Source: Flavobacteriaceae bacterium (lineage in GTDB: Bacteria; Bacteroidota; Bacteroidia; Flavobacteriales; Flavobacteriaceae). Taken from it: a stretch of 50,527 nt of DNA. Positions 16,912 through 25,930 of this stretch are shown here, in pieces. Positions within the stretch are counted from its first letter, which is position 1. Each line of letters opens with the position of its first letter. The notes under the pieces are model-generated. The model searched no databases and was not told where the DNA came from. It worked only from the letters and a program-made list of their open reading frames with translations. Position numbers and translations under genes: made by a program. The DNA lies in assembly GCA_020435805.1 (NCBI GenBank), contig JAGQZA010000001.1, positions 1-50,527 of the forward strand, given 5' to 3'.

Positions 16912-18921
16912 TTATTGAAACAATTTTTCATCAACCAAATTAGGAAGCGTCACTTTTAGTAATGGCTCTTGTTGCATTGCTCTTTTAATGGCAAAGATAG
17001 CTTCATCATTTCGAGCCCAACTTCGCCGTGCGATTCCGTTGTTTACATCCCAAAAAAGCATCGATTCCAGACGGGATTGCGCTTCTTTACTACCATCAAG
17101 AACCATACCGAATCCGCCATTCATCACTTCTCCCCAGCCAACACCACCGCCATTATGGATACTCACCCAGGTTGCCCCACGAAAACTGTCTCCTATTACA
17201 TTATGAATCGCCATGTCTGCTGTAAAACGGCTACCATCGTAAATATTTGAAGTTTCCCTGTAAGGAGAATCTGTTCCAGAAACATCGTGGTGATCTCTTC
17301 CTAAAATAACCAAACCTATTTTACCTTCAGAAATAGCTTTATTGAATGCTGAAGCTATTTCTACTCTCCCGTTACTGTCTGCATATAAAATACGAGCTTG
17401 TGACCCCACGACCAATTTATTTTCCTGTGCCCCTTTTATCCACTGAATATTATCCTGCATTTGTTGCTGAATTTCAGTAGGGGATTCCTTCATTAACCGT
17501 TCTAAAACTTGTGTTGCTATTTCATCGGTTTTTGCTAAATCTTCTGGTTTTCCTGAAGCGCATACCCATCGGAAAGGGCCAAACCCATAATCGAAACACA
17601 TGGGGCCCATAATGTCTTGTACATAGCTTGGGTATTTAAATTCTCGTTGAGGTTTCGACTGCGCTCGACCAGACAAGTCTTTTTCAGCTAAAATATCAGC
17701 ACCCGCCCGAGACGCTTCCAGTAAAAATGCATTTCCATAATCGAAAAAATAGGTGCCTTTTGCCGTATGTTTATTGATAGCAGTAGCATGGCGGCGTAAG
17801 CTTTCCTGGACTTTTTCCTTAAAGAGGGTAGGATTATTGGCCATTAGTTTGTTGGCTTCTTCATAACTCATTCCTGCAGGATAATAGCCCCCTGCCCAAG
17901 GGTTGTGAAGTGAAGTTTGGTCGCTCCCTAAATCTATTTGGATGTTTTCTTTGTCGAAATACTCCCAAACTTCAACTACATTGCCATCATATGCAATAGA
18001 AACAGTTTCTTTATTTGCAACAGCTTTTTTTACACGGGATGCTAATTCAGGTAATTCTGAAATTACCTCATCTACCCATCCTTGACTGTGGCGTGTGTGA
18101 GTTGCTTTTTGGTTTACTTCGGCACAAACAGTAACACAACCGGCAATATTTCCGGCTTTGGGTTGTGCCCCACTCATCCCGCCTAAACCGGACGTAACAA
18201 ATAATCCGCCTTTAGGCTTCTTTTTTATTTTTCTGAAACCATTTAAAACGGTAATAGTAGTGCCATGAACAATGCCTTGAGGGCCAATGTACATATAACT
18301 ACCGGCGGTCATTTGGCCGTACTGAGTAACTCCTAAAGCGTTAAATTTCTCCCAATCGTCGGGTTGTGAATAGTTAGGAATCATCATTCCATTGGTAACA
18401 ACTACGCGCGGGGCATTTTTATGTGAAGGAAATAGCCCAAGGGGGTGGCCAGAATACATAACGAGTGTTTGCTCGTCGGTCATTTCAGAAAGGTATTTCA
18501 TGACCAAACGGTATTGAGCCCAATTCTGAAATACGGCACCATTGCCACCATAGGTGATTAGTTCGTGCGGGTGTTGTGCCACGGCATGGTCCAAATTATT
18601 TTGAATCATTAGCATAATAGCCTTGGCTTGTTCAGATTTTCCAGGGTATTCCGAAATAGAACGCGCAAAAATTTTATGATCCGGCATGAAACGGTACATG
18701 TAAATCCTTCCGTAGGTTTCCAACTCTTCTTTAAATTCGGGTAGAAGCGTGGCGTGGTGTTTGGGTTCAAAGTATCGTAATGCATTTTGAAGGGCTAATT
18801 TTTTTTCCGCATCGTTTAAAATTTCTTTCCTTTTGGGTGCGTGATTTATGGATGGATCGTATGCTTTAGCAGTGGGTAAGGTATCTGGAATTCCTTGTAG
18901 TATTTCTTCTTGGAAGGTCAT
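16912..18921 (-). CDS. hutU: Urocanate hydratase (long form)
   Basis: NNLD..VAQHPHELITYGGNG, GQMTAGSYMYIGPQGIVHGT, GLGGMSGAQP, GRDHHD, HNGGGVGWG. Confidence 0.97.
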   Translation of the reverse strand: MTFQEEILQGIPDTLPTAKAYDPSINHAPKRKEILNDAEKKLALQNALRYFEPKHHATLLPEFKEELETYGRIYMYRFMPDHKIFARSISEYPGKSEQAKAIMLMIQNNLDHAVAQHPHELITYGGNGAVFQNWAQYRLVMKYLSEMTDEQTLVMYSGHPLGLFPSHKNAPRVVVTNGMMIPNYSQPDDWEKFNALGVTQYGQMTAGSYMYIGPQGIVHGTTITVLNGFRKIKKKPKGGLFVTSGLGGMSGAQPKAGNIAGCVTVCAEVNQKATHTRHSQGWVDEVISELPELASRVKKAVANKETVSIAYDGNVVEVWEYFDKENIQIDLGSDQTSLHNPWAGGYYPAGMSYEEANKLMANNPTLFKEKVQESLRRHATAINKHTAKGTYFFDYGNAFLLEASRAGADILAEKDLSGRAQSKPQREFKYPSYVQDIMGPMCFDYGFGPFRWVCASGKPEDLAKTDEIATQVLERLMKESPTEIQQQMQDNIQWIKGAQENKLVVGSQARILYADSNGRVEIASAFNKAISEGKIGLVILGRDHHDVSGTDSPYRETSNIYDGSRFTADMAIHNVIGDSFRGATWVSIHNGGGVGWGEVMNGGFGMVLDGSKEAQSRLESMLFWDVNNGIARRSWARNDEAIFAIKRAMQQEPLLKVTLPNLVDEKLFQ
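17651..17674 (-). repeat. Family A palindrome in-frame within hutU
   Basis: Minus strand GTCT-GGTC-GAGCGCAGTCGA-AACC, translated as LSGRAQSKP (a different frame from the other coding copies). Confidence 0.88.
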
Positions 18922-18923
18922 CG

Positions 18924-19097
18924 TTATTTTTCTTGTGAGTTTGTTTTTTTATTGAATCCAAAGGGGCAATGTTTGCAGTTGCTTTCACAACAATAGCCGC
19001 GTTTTAAATGGTACTGTTCGGTAAAGCATTTGTATCCTTCAGGGGTAAGGTAGTAATCTCCTTCTTCGAGCTCTATTTTTTTCTTTGGGAACAGCAT
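18924..19097 (-). CDS. Small Cys-rich protein (DUF5522-like), 57 aa
   Basis: Manual translation MLFPKKKIELEEGDYYLTPEGYKCFTEQYHLKRGYCCESNCKHCPFGFNKKTNSQEK*; stop 2 nt before the hutU ATG. Below the ORF-track cutoff. Confidence 0.85.
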   Translation of the reverse strand: MLFPKKKIELEEGDYYLTPEGYKCFTEQYHLKRGYCCESNCKHCPFGFNKKTNSQEK

Positions 19098-19130
19098 TTC
19101 ACAAAAATACCAAATTCTTACCTTGCAGGG

Positions 19131-19457
19131 ATGATAGTTTGGGTGAATCGTTTTTTACTTCGGAAGAAATTTTTAGGAATCGCATTATGGCCTTTTATTA
19201 TTATTCGGAAAAAGGAACTGCTTAATGATGCTGAATTTCTAAATCACGAAAAGATTCATTTACGACAACAAGCAGAAATGCTTGTGGTGTTTTTTTATGT
19301 GTGGTATGTATTAGAATTTTTAGTGCGTTGGTTGCAATATAAAAATCGTTATGAAGCTTATAAAAATATATCGTTTGAAAGAGAGGCATATACCCATGAA
19401 AAAGACCTCAACTATTTAAAGAAGAGGTCCTTTTTTGGGTTTACTAATTTTTTATAA
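19131..19457 (+). CDS. Conserved hypothetical membrane-associated protein with HExxH motif
   Basis: GIALWPFI, NHEKIHLRQQ, ISFEREAY. ATG 19131 avoids overlap with the DUF5522-like gene. Confidence 0.75.
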   Translation: MIVWVNRFLLRKKFLGIALWPFIIIRKKELLNDAEFLNHEKIHLRQQAEMLVVFFYVWYVLEFLVRWLQYKNRYEAYKNISFEREAYTHEKDLNYLKKRSFFGFTNFL

Positions 19458-22400
19458 TTATTCTTTAATAATCTTTTTTGTGACAGTGCCTTTTTCAGTA
19501 TCAATCTTAATAAAATAAACTCCTGTTTTTAAATTTGAAAGATCTAATGAGAACGTATTGCTTTCATCTTCTATTCTCTGAGAAATTTTTCTTCCCATTA
19601 AATCATATACTTCTAAGTTTACAAGATAGGTGTCTGGTGAAAAGATATTGATATGATTTTTAGCTGGATTTGGGAAAAGTGCAATACTATCTAAAGAAGT
19701 TTCTTCAGGACCTAAAATTCTTTCAGACTTAAATAGTAGTGTAAATCGGTCATTGAAAAATCCTTTGCCGCTTTTAAATGTATAGGACTTGTTTTCCAAG
19801 CTAATAATTTTATTGTCTTGTCTATCGTACAAGTACACTTTTGTATTTTCAAGATTGACTCCTTCTAAACTAGTAAGTGAAATTTCATATTCTAATAATT
19901 CGTCAATTTGAGTAGCAAATCCAAGCGGGATTTTTTCGTCATTAGTGAAACTTCCTAGGGTCTGAATTCCAAATTCACCTGTTCCGTCATTTAGTTCTGA
20001 AAATATTGAAACTACGGTAGCTAATCTGTTAGTGTCATATCCATCGTCATAACCGGAAGTGGCATTTTCGTTAAAGGCAATTCCTGTAAAACTACCAAAT
20101 CCGTAAGCTTTTTCTCGAATTTCAATAATTAATTTTTCAGTTTGTGCAACATCTGAAGAAGGTGTAGCTGTTCTTAATGTATTGTTTCCCGAGGTAAGTC
20201 TCATGGTATTATTGAAGGTAATGGTTCCTGAAGTTCCGGCAGTACCTGAGGTTCTGATTCCGAATCCTTGAGCAGTAGCAATAATTCCGTTGGGTGCTGT
20301 TCCTTGTGCATTGCCGGGATCGTTTGCGGCAGGGATACCCATAACACCATTGTAAATGGAGAGGTCATCCATATCGAAACGTAAATTACTTCCCGATAGA
20401 GGGGCTCCGGGAGGAGTTAAGTGTTCCCAAAAATAGAGCGCTCCAATACCGTTTGTTGCCATAAATATATCTCCATCAATGGCAGAAGCGTAAGGGTTGG
20501 CAACCATATTAGGAGTGCCATTTGGGTTTGCAGCAGGGCCATTATTGTAATTAGTATAAGTAATGTCTCCATTATTAAGTGTCCCTAATTCGTAGGTAAA
20601 TAAAAATGGTCTCCCTGTTGGCGGAACAGTAGGGTCGTTGTAGCCACTTTGCGGTCTTACCACATACCCTTCACCGGGATTAATCGCACCGCTGTAAATG
20701 CTGTAAAAATCGCCATTATCATCGGCAAAATTGGTTCCTCCGGCAGGAACATCGGGATGAGGAAGGAAATTTTGAGAATTAAAATTTAGAACCAAAAATG
20801 CGGTATTCCACACCCCAATACGACTTTCAGTAGTCATAGGGCTTCCCATGAGCATGAAATCTCTTTTTTTCAAGTCTGGAGAAGTAACATTTACATTGAT
20901 TGTTCCGTTTTTAATTACGCTGGCCGCGGGGTCTGTTTGTACTACATTTCCTTGGTGTTCAACCACTAAGGTTCCGTTTACTGTAATATCTTGTTCAGTT
21001 TTAAGGTAATCATCAGCATTAATGGTAAGAGTTCTCGTAGCATCAACTTCACAAGTACAAGCATCTATACTCCCAAAGCTTGAAGTGTTATAATCTGAAC
21101 TAATCTTAGCGTTTGAACCTACATCTGGTGCCCCGTTGCTCCAAGTGCCCCCTCCAAGATGAGTAGTAGTCTCTGCAGCAACAGTTACGGTAGCTACGCA
21201 TGAAGCAGTGTTTCCATAATCATCTTTTATGGTTAATGTAACATTAAAGGTGTTGCCAACATCGGCACAGGTAAAAGTGGTTTGTCCAGAGATTGTTCTT
21301 TCGGTTATGCCAATATTGTCTGTAGAACCGCCGTCAACATCTAGGGCGTCAATAGTTACTGTTCCTGTAATTTTATTAAGTGTTGCCGTAATATTTTGGC
21401 AAACAACAACAGGGTCTATATTATCATAATTAGGATCCCTTAAAACAAACAGTCCTCCATCACCAAGAATATTTTCATTTCCAAAACCAGTGGCAATTAG
21501 ATTTCCGCTCTCGAAAAAGGGATATACATTCCAAGTGGCATTAAAGCTAGCACTATTTGATGCTGGGTAAGTATCGAAGAAATTTACTTCGGTCATACTG
21601 GGTATAGCGTCATATAATCCATCGATTTTTAAAATTCTCATTCCTGCGGCATAATTTGCCAAATAGAAACGATTTCCTCTTACATATCCATTGTGATCGA
21701 TAGCTGAAGTAGGCCCAAAATATGTATAATGTAGTACTGGGTTATCCAAATCTTGTAAATCAAAAACAAGGGTTCTTGTATTAAATCCTACATTTTCTTC
21801 ATCAACTTCATCTCCTACAATGAAGAAACGCTTGTCTTCAGTAAACCAACCTTGATGGGTGTAATATTTATTTGAATAATCAATAGAACTAATTTGCGAA
21901 ATACTAGTCTTATTGGTTACATCGAGTATTCTTAGAAAATCTGAACCACTAAAACTACCAATAAGTATTTCTCTTCCTTGATAATCTGGATCTGGACCAT
22001 CATAAATTACCACTTGGGCATCATGGCAATACCCTCCAGTAGAATATGTGGCAACAATTGATGGGTTTTCAGGGTCGATATTAAGGTTAAAAATAACCAA
22101 ACCTCCACTAATGTATGGTGAAACACCAGACACATATGCATATCCGGTATCTTCATTAATGATTATATTATGAGCCCTTCCTCGATTGGACCCTGAAGTA
22201 CCCCATGTCTCCCAGCCATCTTCAGTAAATGTTGTGGGTGGACTTGCAACACTTCTTAGTCTTGTAAGGTCAAAAATCTGCATTCCATGGTTACCATTAC
22301 TATCACTAACAATATATGCATAATTATTAAAAACCTTTACATCTCTCCACAAACTTGTGCCAGTGTGTGAATTTAATCTTCCTAAATAAATTGGAGAAAC

Positions 22401-22649
22401 AGGGTTTGTTATATTCACAAAAGCAGTACCGTTATCCAAACCTACAATGGCATACTCTTTTCCGTCCAATGGGTCGGTCCAGCCCCAGGAATCTTGACCT
22501 TCACCACCTCCCATAGTAGAAGCAGAGATGTATGATTGTAAAGTTATGCCGTTACATGGATAACTTCCTGCCATGCCTCCAGAACAAGGAGTTTGAGCAA
22601 TTGAAATTTGAGATAATAAAATTAATGCAAAAAGGAGGTTTTTGTTCAT
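19458..22649 (-). CDS. Choice-of-anchor B family secreted protein with T9SS CTD
   Basis: N-terminal PC..G.AG.YPC, DSWGWTDP, WRDVKV, AHNI, CHDAQVV, YTHQGW, IDHNGY; HYR/Ig-like segment; CTD (FPNPA...GVYFIKI...KKIIKE). Confidence 0.85.
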   Translation of the reverse strand: MNKNLLFALILLSQISIAQTPCSGGMAGSYPCNGITLQSYISASTMGGGEGQDSWGWTDPLDGKEYAIVGLDNGTAFVNITNPVSPIYLGRLNSHTGTSLWRDVKVFNNYAYIVSDSNGNHGMQIFDLTRLRSVASPPTTFTEDGWETWGTSGSNRGRAHNIIINEDTGYAYVSGVSPYISGGLVIFNLNIDPENPSIVATYSTGGYCHDAQVVIYDGPDPDYQGREILIGSFSGSDFLRILDVTNKTSISQISSIDYSNKYYTHQGWFTEDKRFFIVGDEVDEENVGFNTRTLVFDLQDLDNPVLHYTYFGPTSAIDHNGYVRGNRFYLANYAAGMRILKIDGLYDAIPSMTEVNFFDTYPASNSASFNATWNVYPFFESGNLIATGFGNENILGDGGLFVLRDPNYDNIDPVVVCQNITATLNKITGTVTIDALDVDGGSTDNIGITERTISGQTTFTCADVGNTFNVTLTIKDDYGNTASCVATVTVAAETTTHLGGGTWSNGAPDVGSNAKISSDYNTSSFGSIDACTCEVDATRTLTINADDYLKTEQDITVNGTLVVEHQGNVVQTDPAASVIKNGTINVNVTSPDLKKRDFMLMGSPMTTESRIGVWNTAFLVLNFNSQNFLPHPDVPAGGTNFADDNGDFYSIYSGAINPGEGYVVRPQSGYNDPTVPPTGRPFLFTYELGTLNNGDITYTNYNNGPAANPNGTPNMVANPYASAIDGDIFMATNGIGALYFWEHLTPPGAPLSGSNLRFDMDDLSIYNGVMGIPAANDPGNAQGTAPNGIIATAQGFGIRTSGTAGTSGTITFNNTMRLTSGNNTLRTATPSSDVAQTEKLIIEIREKAYGFGSFTGIAFNENATSGYDDGYDTNRLATVVSIFSELNDGTGEFGIQTLGSFTNDEKIPLGFATQIDELLEYEISLTSLEGVNLENTKVYLYDRQDNKIISLENKSYTFKSGKGFFNDRFTLLFKSERILGPEETSLDSIALFPNPAKNHINIFSPDTYLVNLEVYDLMGRKISQRIEDESNTFSLDLSNLKTGVYFIKIDTEKGTVTKKIIKE

Positions 22650-22677
22650 GTTATGAGTTTTTATTTTGATAGTTTAT

Positions 22678-23583
22678 TTAATCGCCTACGTAAGTAAATT
22701 CTATAGAACAAGGAATATAATGACCTATATGTCCTTGCCCATCCCCAGAATCTCCATTGTTAATAAAGTAATTATGTCCTGTAGTTATGCAATTGCTTAG
22801 CGTAAAAGTATAGGTGCTTCCAGACAAAAGGTAGAGTCTATAAACTAATGTTGCATAATGACCTACATTATAACTTTCTACAGCAGGACTTTCATTATCA
22901 TTTTCTGCAGAATAGGAGTGGGTATACGACCAACCTTCGGTATAGTCATAGCTTGAGCTAGTTGGGTCTATATCAACCCCAGAGCCAGACATAGTGAAGA
23001 AAAAGGCGCCTTCAGAAGTAGCCAAAGAGATTTCACTTTCTGTTCCTGAGGTAAAATCCTGAATTCTTCCAGCTCCAAAATTGGTGCGAACTTCTATTTT
23101 GTAATAGCCAGAGTAGGTAGGTGTAAAGGTTTGATTGGTAAGCCCTGCAATATTATCGGCATCTGTAGGCTCTGGGGAAGAATTGTATTCCTTTATGGTA
23201 GTTCTTTGACACCCTCCTGTTTGTTCATATTTTGCATATTCTTTTTTGAAGAATTGAGGTTCCCATGAGCTTCCGGTCCAACTATATATTCCAGGGGAAA
23301 CATCATTTGCCCCATTCGTAGAATTATTTGTATTATATACCGTAGTACCCGGCTCTAGACCACCACCATTTGGGTTAATAACAGGACTTGAAACAATGGT
23401 AGAAGTTAGGCTTACTTTAGGTAAAATTATTCCGTAAGGGCTTTCCATAATGGTGCCTGTTGCATCATAAATTTCAACATCCAGTGTCCCTTCCGGAGTA
23501 GATGTTCCTATTCCTATTTGAGCGAATGATGATACACTAGCAAATAGCAATAAAACTAAATATGTATAGTATCTATTTTTCAT
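22678..23583 (-). CDS. Secreted 'QIGIGT' protein with C1q/BclA-like C-terminal domain (paralogue 3)
   Basis: Signal peptide, QIGIGTSTPEGTLDV, GTTVYNT, PGIYSWTGSSW.PQ, FTPTYSGYYKI. Confidence 0.7.
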   Translation of the reverse strand: MKNRYYTYLVLLLFASVSSFAQIGIGTSTPEGTLDVEIYDATGTIMESPYGIILPKVSLTSTIVSSPVINPNGGGLEPGTTVYNTNNSTNGANDVSPGIYSWTGSSWEPQFFKKEYAKYEQTGGCQRTTIKEYNSSPEPTDADNIAGLTNQTFTPTYSGYYKIEVRTNFGAGRIQDFTSGTESEISLATSEGAFFFTMSGSGVDIDPTSSSYDYTEGWSYTHSYSAENDNESPAVESYNVGHYATLVYRLYLLSGSTYTFTLSNCITTGHNYFINNGDSGDGQGHIGHYIPCSIEFTYVGD

Positions 23584-23595
23584 GCCTTTATAAGT

Positions 23596-24450
23596 TTAAT
23601 TGCCTAAATATTTAAATTCTACTGTAGATTTTACCAATCCGTTTGAAATTATATAGCCTCTACCATCTCCAGAAGGTACAACACTTATATCTCCATCGCC
23701 TTCAAAACCATCAGAGGTTGTTTGGTTAAAACTAAGTGTAAAAGAGTATAAAGTATTCCGAACAAGAGTTATCGGGATTGTATAAGTAGTTTGATTATAT
23801 CGATTTGTATGGTTGTTTGCGCTTCCTCCATCAAATAGTTTGTCATCATTGTAACCAGAGTATGACTTTAAGGTAAAGGTATGAGAAGTTGAATTAAAAG
23901 TAAAATCAAATTCACCTTCTTGAGCATTATAATTAACCCACTGGTCAGCTGGATTAGTGTTATCTGGAACGTCTAATTTTCCTGCTCCAAAATGAACAGT
24001 TACAGTCACCAAATAACTTCCATTAAATTTAGGGGTAAAAGTATTGCTGTTAAATGAAATAAACTGGTCTCCCAAAATAGGATTTAAGATGTCACTTGAA
24101 CCAGTTCTCAAATCTGAAGTTTGATAACATAATTTATAATCATCTTTGTGGTATTGAGGAATCCATAAGGAACCATCCCATACATATAGACCCGGATAAA
24201 CGGTATTATTGCCAGTTCCAGCAATAACGGTGTTGTAAACTGTGGTTCCTGTAACTAGCCCTCCCCCATTTGGATTTGAAATGGTTTCTGTTAGAGTATT
24301 TGTTAAAGCTACTTGAGGATATACAATTCCCATGGTTGTGGAAGTTACATCAAGCGCCCCTTTTGGACTCGTCGTACCAATTCCAACTTGAGCACATATA
24401 GGTAAGCTCAAGAGGAAAATAGCTATAGAAAACAGATAATTTTTTTTCAT
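23596..24450 (-). CDS. Secreted 'QVGIGT' protein with C1q/BclA-like C-terminal domain (paralogue 2)
   Basis: Start MKKNY (24450), QVGIGTTSPKGALDV, PGLYVWDGSLWIPQ, FTPKFNGSYLV. Confidence 0.7.
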   Translation of the reverse strand: MKKNYLFSIAIFLLSLPICAQVGIGTTSPKGALDVTSTTMGIVYPQVALTNTLTETISNPNGGGLVTGTTVYNTVIAGTGNNTVYPGLYVWDGSLWIPQYHKDDYKLCYQTSDLRTGSSDILNPILGDQFISFNSNTFTPKFNGSYLVTVTVHFGAGKLDVPDNTNPADQWVNYNAQEGEFDFTFNSTSHTFTLKSYSGYNDDKLFDGGSANNHTNRYNQTTYTIPITLVRNTLYSFTLSFNQTTSDGFEGDGDISVVPSGDGRGYIISNGLVKSTVEFKYLGN

Positions 24451-24461
24451 AATAATAGATT

Positions 24462-25304
24462 TTATTCTCCTAAGAAAGAAATTTCTACATAACAAGGAAT
24501 ATCATAAGCTACATAACCTCTTCTGCCAGATGATGAGGTTGAAAATTCTTCAGCGGTATCTTGAACAAATGTTAATGTAAAAGAAACATTTTGATTCGCT
24601 GTTAAACTCACATATTCTGTGGCGGTAAATTCTTGCCAGATGGCAAAATAATTAGTCGCTCCAATTGAAGCTTGATAAGCTGTTGAATAAGAATTTACAG
24701 GAATAGTATAATTAGTCGCTCCAAAATTTAACGTGTAGGTACCGGTTGCATTGGCAATATTCAAATCACCATCAGACCTAGTACTTGAAGTACCTTCATT
24801 GGGGACTCTTGCGTCACCTCCTCCAAAATCAACACGTATTTTTACTTTGTATTGGCCTGTGTACTTTGCGGTAAAAGTGTTTGAGTTATTTCCATTTAAT
24901 TGTATAGTGTATGTAGTGCCGGGAGTGGTTCTTATACTTCCGGTTGTACTTTCATAAAGGCCGTATTGCCTTTTAGGAAATTGTGGGCGCCACTGTGTGC
25001 CGTCCCAAGAATACATGCCTGGAACTACATCATTAGTCCCGGTCGTGGTTGTACTAGTATTAAATACAACTGTCCCAATAGGAATGTTTCCACCTTGCGG
25101 GTTTGTAGCAGGAGCCATAACTATAGTAGAAGTAAGAGCCAACCTTGGAAGTACAACACCCATATTAGTGGAATTGATGTCCAAAATACCATTGGGAGTA
25201 GTGGTATTAATGCCTACTTGGGCATTTAATTGATTTGAAATGCTCAAGATTGTGCATATGAGGGCAACAAAAACTAGAGAATTCCTAGTAGATTGAAATT
25301 TCAT
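24462..25304 (-). CDS. Secreted 'QVGINT' protein with C1q/BclA-like C-terminal domain (paralogue 1)
   Basis: QVGINTTTPNGILDI, PGMYSWDGTQWRPQ, FTAKYTGQYKV. Confidence 0.7.
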   Translation of the reverse strand: MKFQSTRNSLVFVALICTILSISNQLNAQVGINTTTPNGILDINSTNMGVVLPRLALTSTIVMAPATNPQGGNIPIGTVVFNTSTTTTGTNDVVPGMYSWDGTQWRPQFPKRQYGLYESTTGSIRTTPGTTYTIQLNGNNSNTFTAKYTGQYKVKIRVDFGGGDARVPNEGTSSTRSDGDLNIANATGTYTLNFGATNYTIPVNSYSTAYQASIGATNYFAIWQEFTATEYVSLTANQNVSFTLTFVQDTAEEFSTSSSGRRGYVAYDIPCYVEISFLGE

Positions 25305-25330
25305 AAGTGGTAAGCATTAAGATTTGGTGA

Positions 25331-25383
25331 TACAAGATTAATTTATTTTTTCTATAAAAACCAAAAATATTCGATAAAAAACA
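25331..25383 (-). promoter_or_regulatory. Promoter with -7-like box and 20-bp-period direct repeats
   Basis: Plus strand TACAAGATTA at 25331, TCTATAAAAACCA at 25351, TCGATAAAAAACA at 25371; same geometry as 28121-28173. Confidence 0.6.
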
Positions 25384-25486
25384 CTTAAAAATTTTATTTA
25401 AAGATTTTTCTTACAATTATTTACATAAATATTTCAATGTGTATTTAAAAATGAGTTTCATTAATTATCTGTTTTTTTAATTCAAT

Positions 25487-25508
25487 AAAAAAGTCCCAGA
25501 TGGGACTT
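25487..25508 (-). terminator. Intrinsic terminator after the T9SS gene remnant
   Basis: AAGTCCC-AGAT-GGGACTT with an adjacent A-run. Confidence 0.7.
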
Positions 25509-25528
25509 CCTTATAGATGGTATTTGTT

Positions 25529-25930
25529 TTACTTTTTAACAATCCTCCGTGTTACCAATCCGTGTTGGGTTTTAATTTGGATAAAATATACCGAAGGCTT
25601 GTATTGGGAAAGATTAAGCGTAAGACTGTTATAATTTGGATTACTCTTCTCAATGATTCTTCCTTGTACATCGAAGATGATTATTTCTTCAATTTGCTAT
25701 AATGCTTCCATCGAAAGTAATCCAGTTGTCGTAATTGTCATCGGCGAAGTTTTCAGAACCAGGGAATACATTTGCTGCGTCAATCTTGGATAAAAAAGCA
25801 ATTTGCTATGATTTAAGACTAAGAAGGCTGAATTCCAAACCTCTGTTCACGTATCATTAGACATCTGGCGTTCCAGAATATCATAAAATCTCTGGGAGAT
25901 AGATTGGCCGTAGTATATTTTACAGTAACA
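25529..25930 (-). pseudogene. Decayed remnant of a large T9SS cargo gene paralogous to 19458-22649
   Basis: Minus-strand fragments VTVKYTTANLSPRDFMI / MSNDT*TEVWNSAFLVLNH / FPGSENFADDNYDNW / QIEEIIIFDVQGRII...SVYFIQIKTQHGLVTRRIVKK*, with frameshifts, an internal stop and a large deletion. Confidence 0.8.

Noticed and set aside
19008-19130. Long N-terminus of the 149-aa ORF
   Set aside because: It overlaps the Cys-rich gene on the opposite strand; ATG 19131 is more plausible.
25517-25702. 61-aa plus-strand ORF
   Set aside because: It is the antisense shadow of the T9SS CTD remnant.
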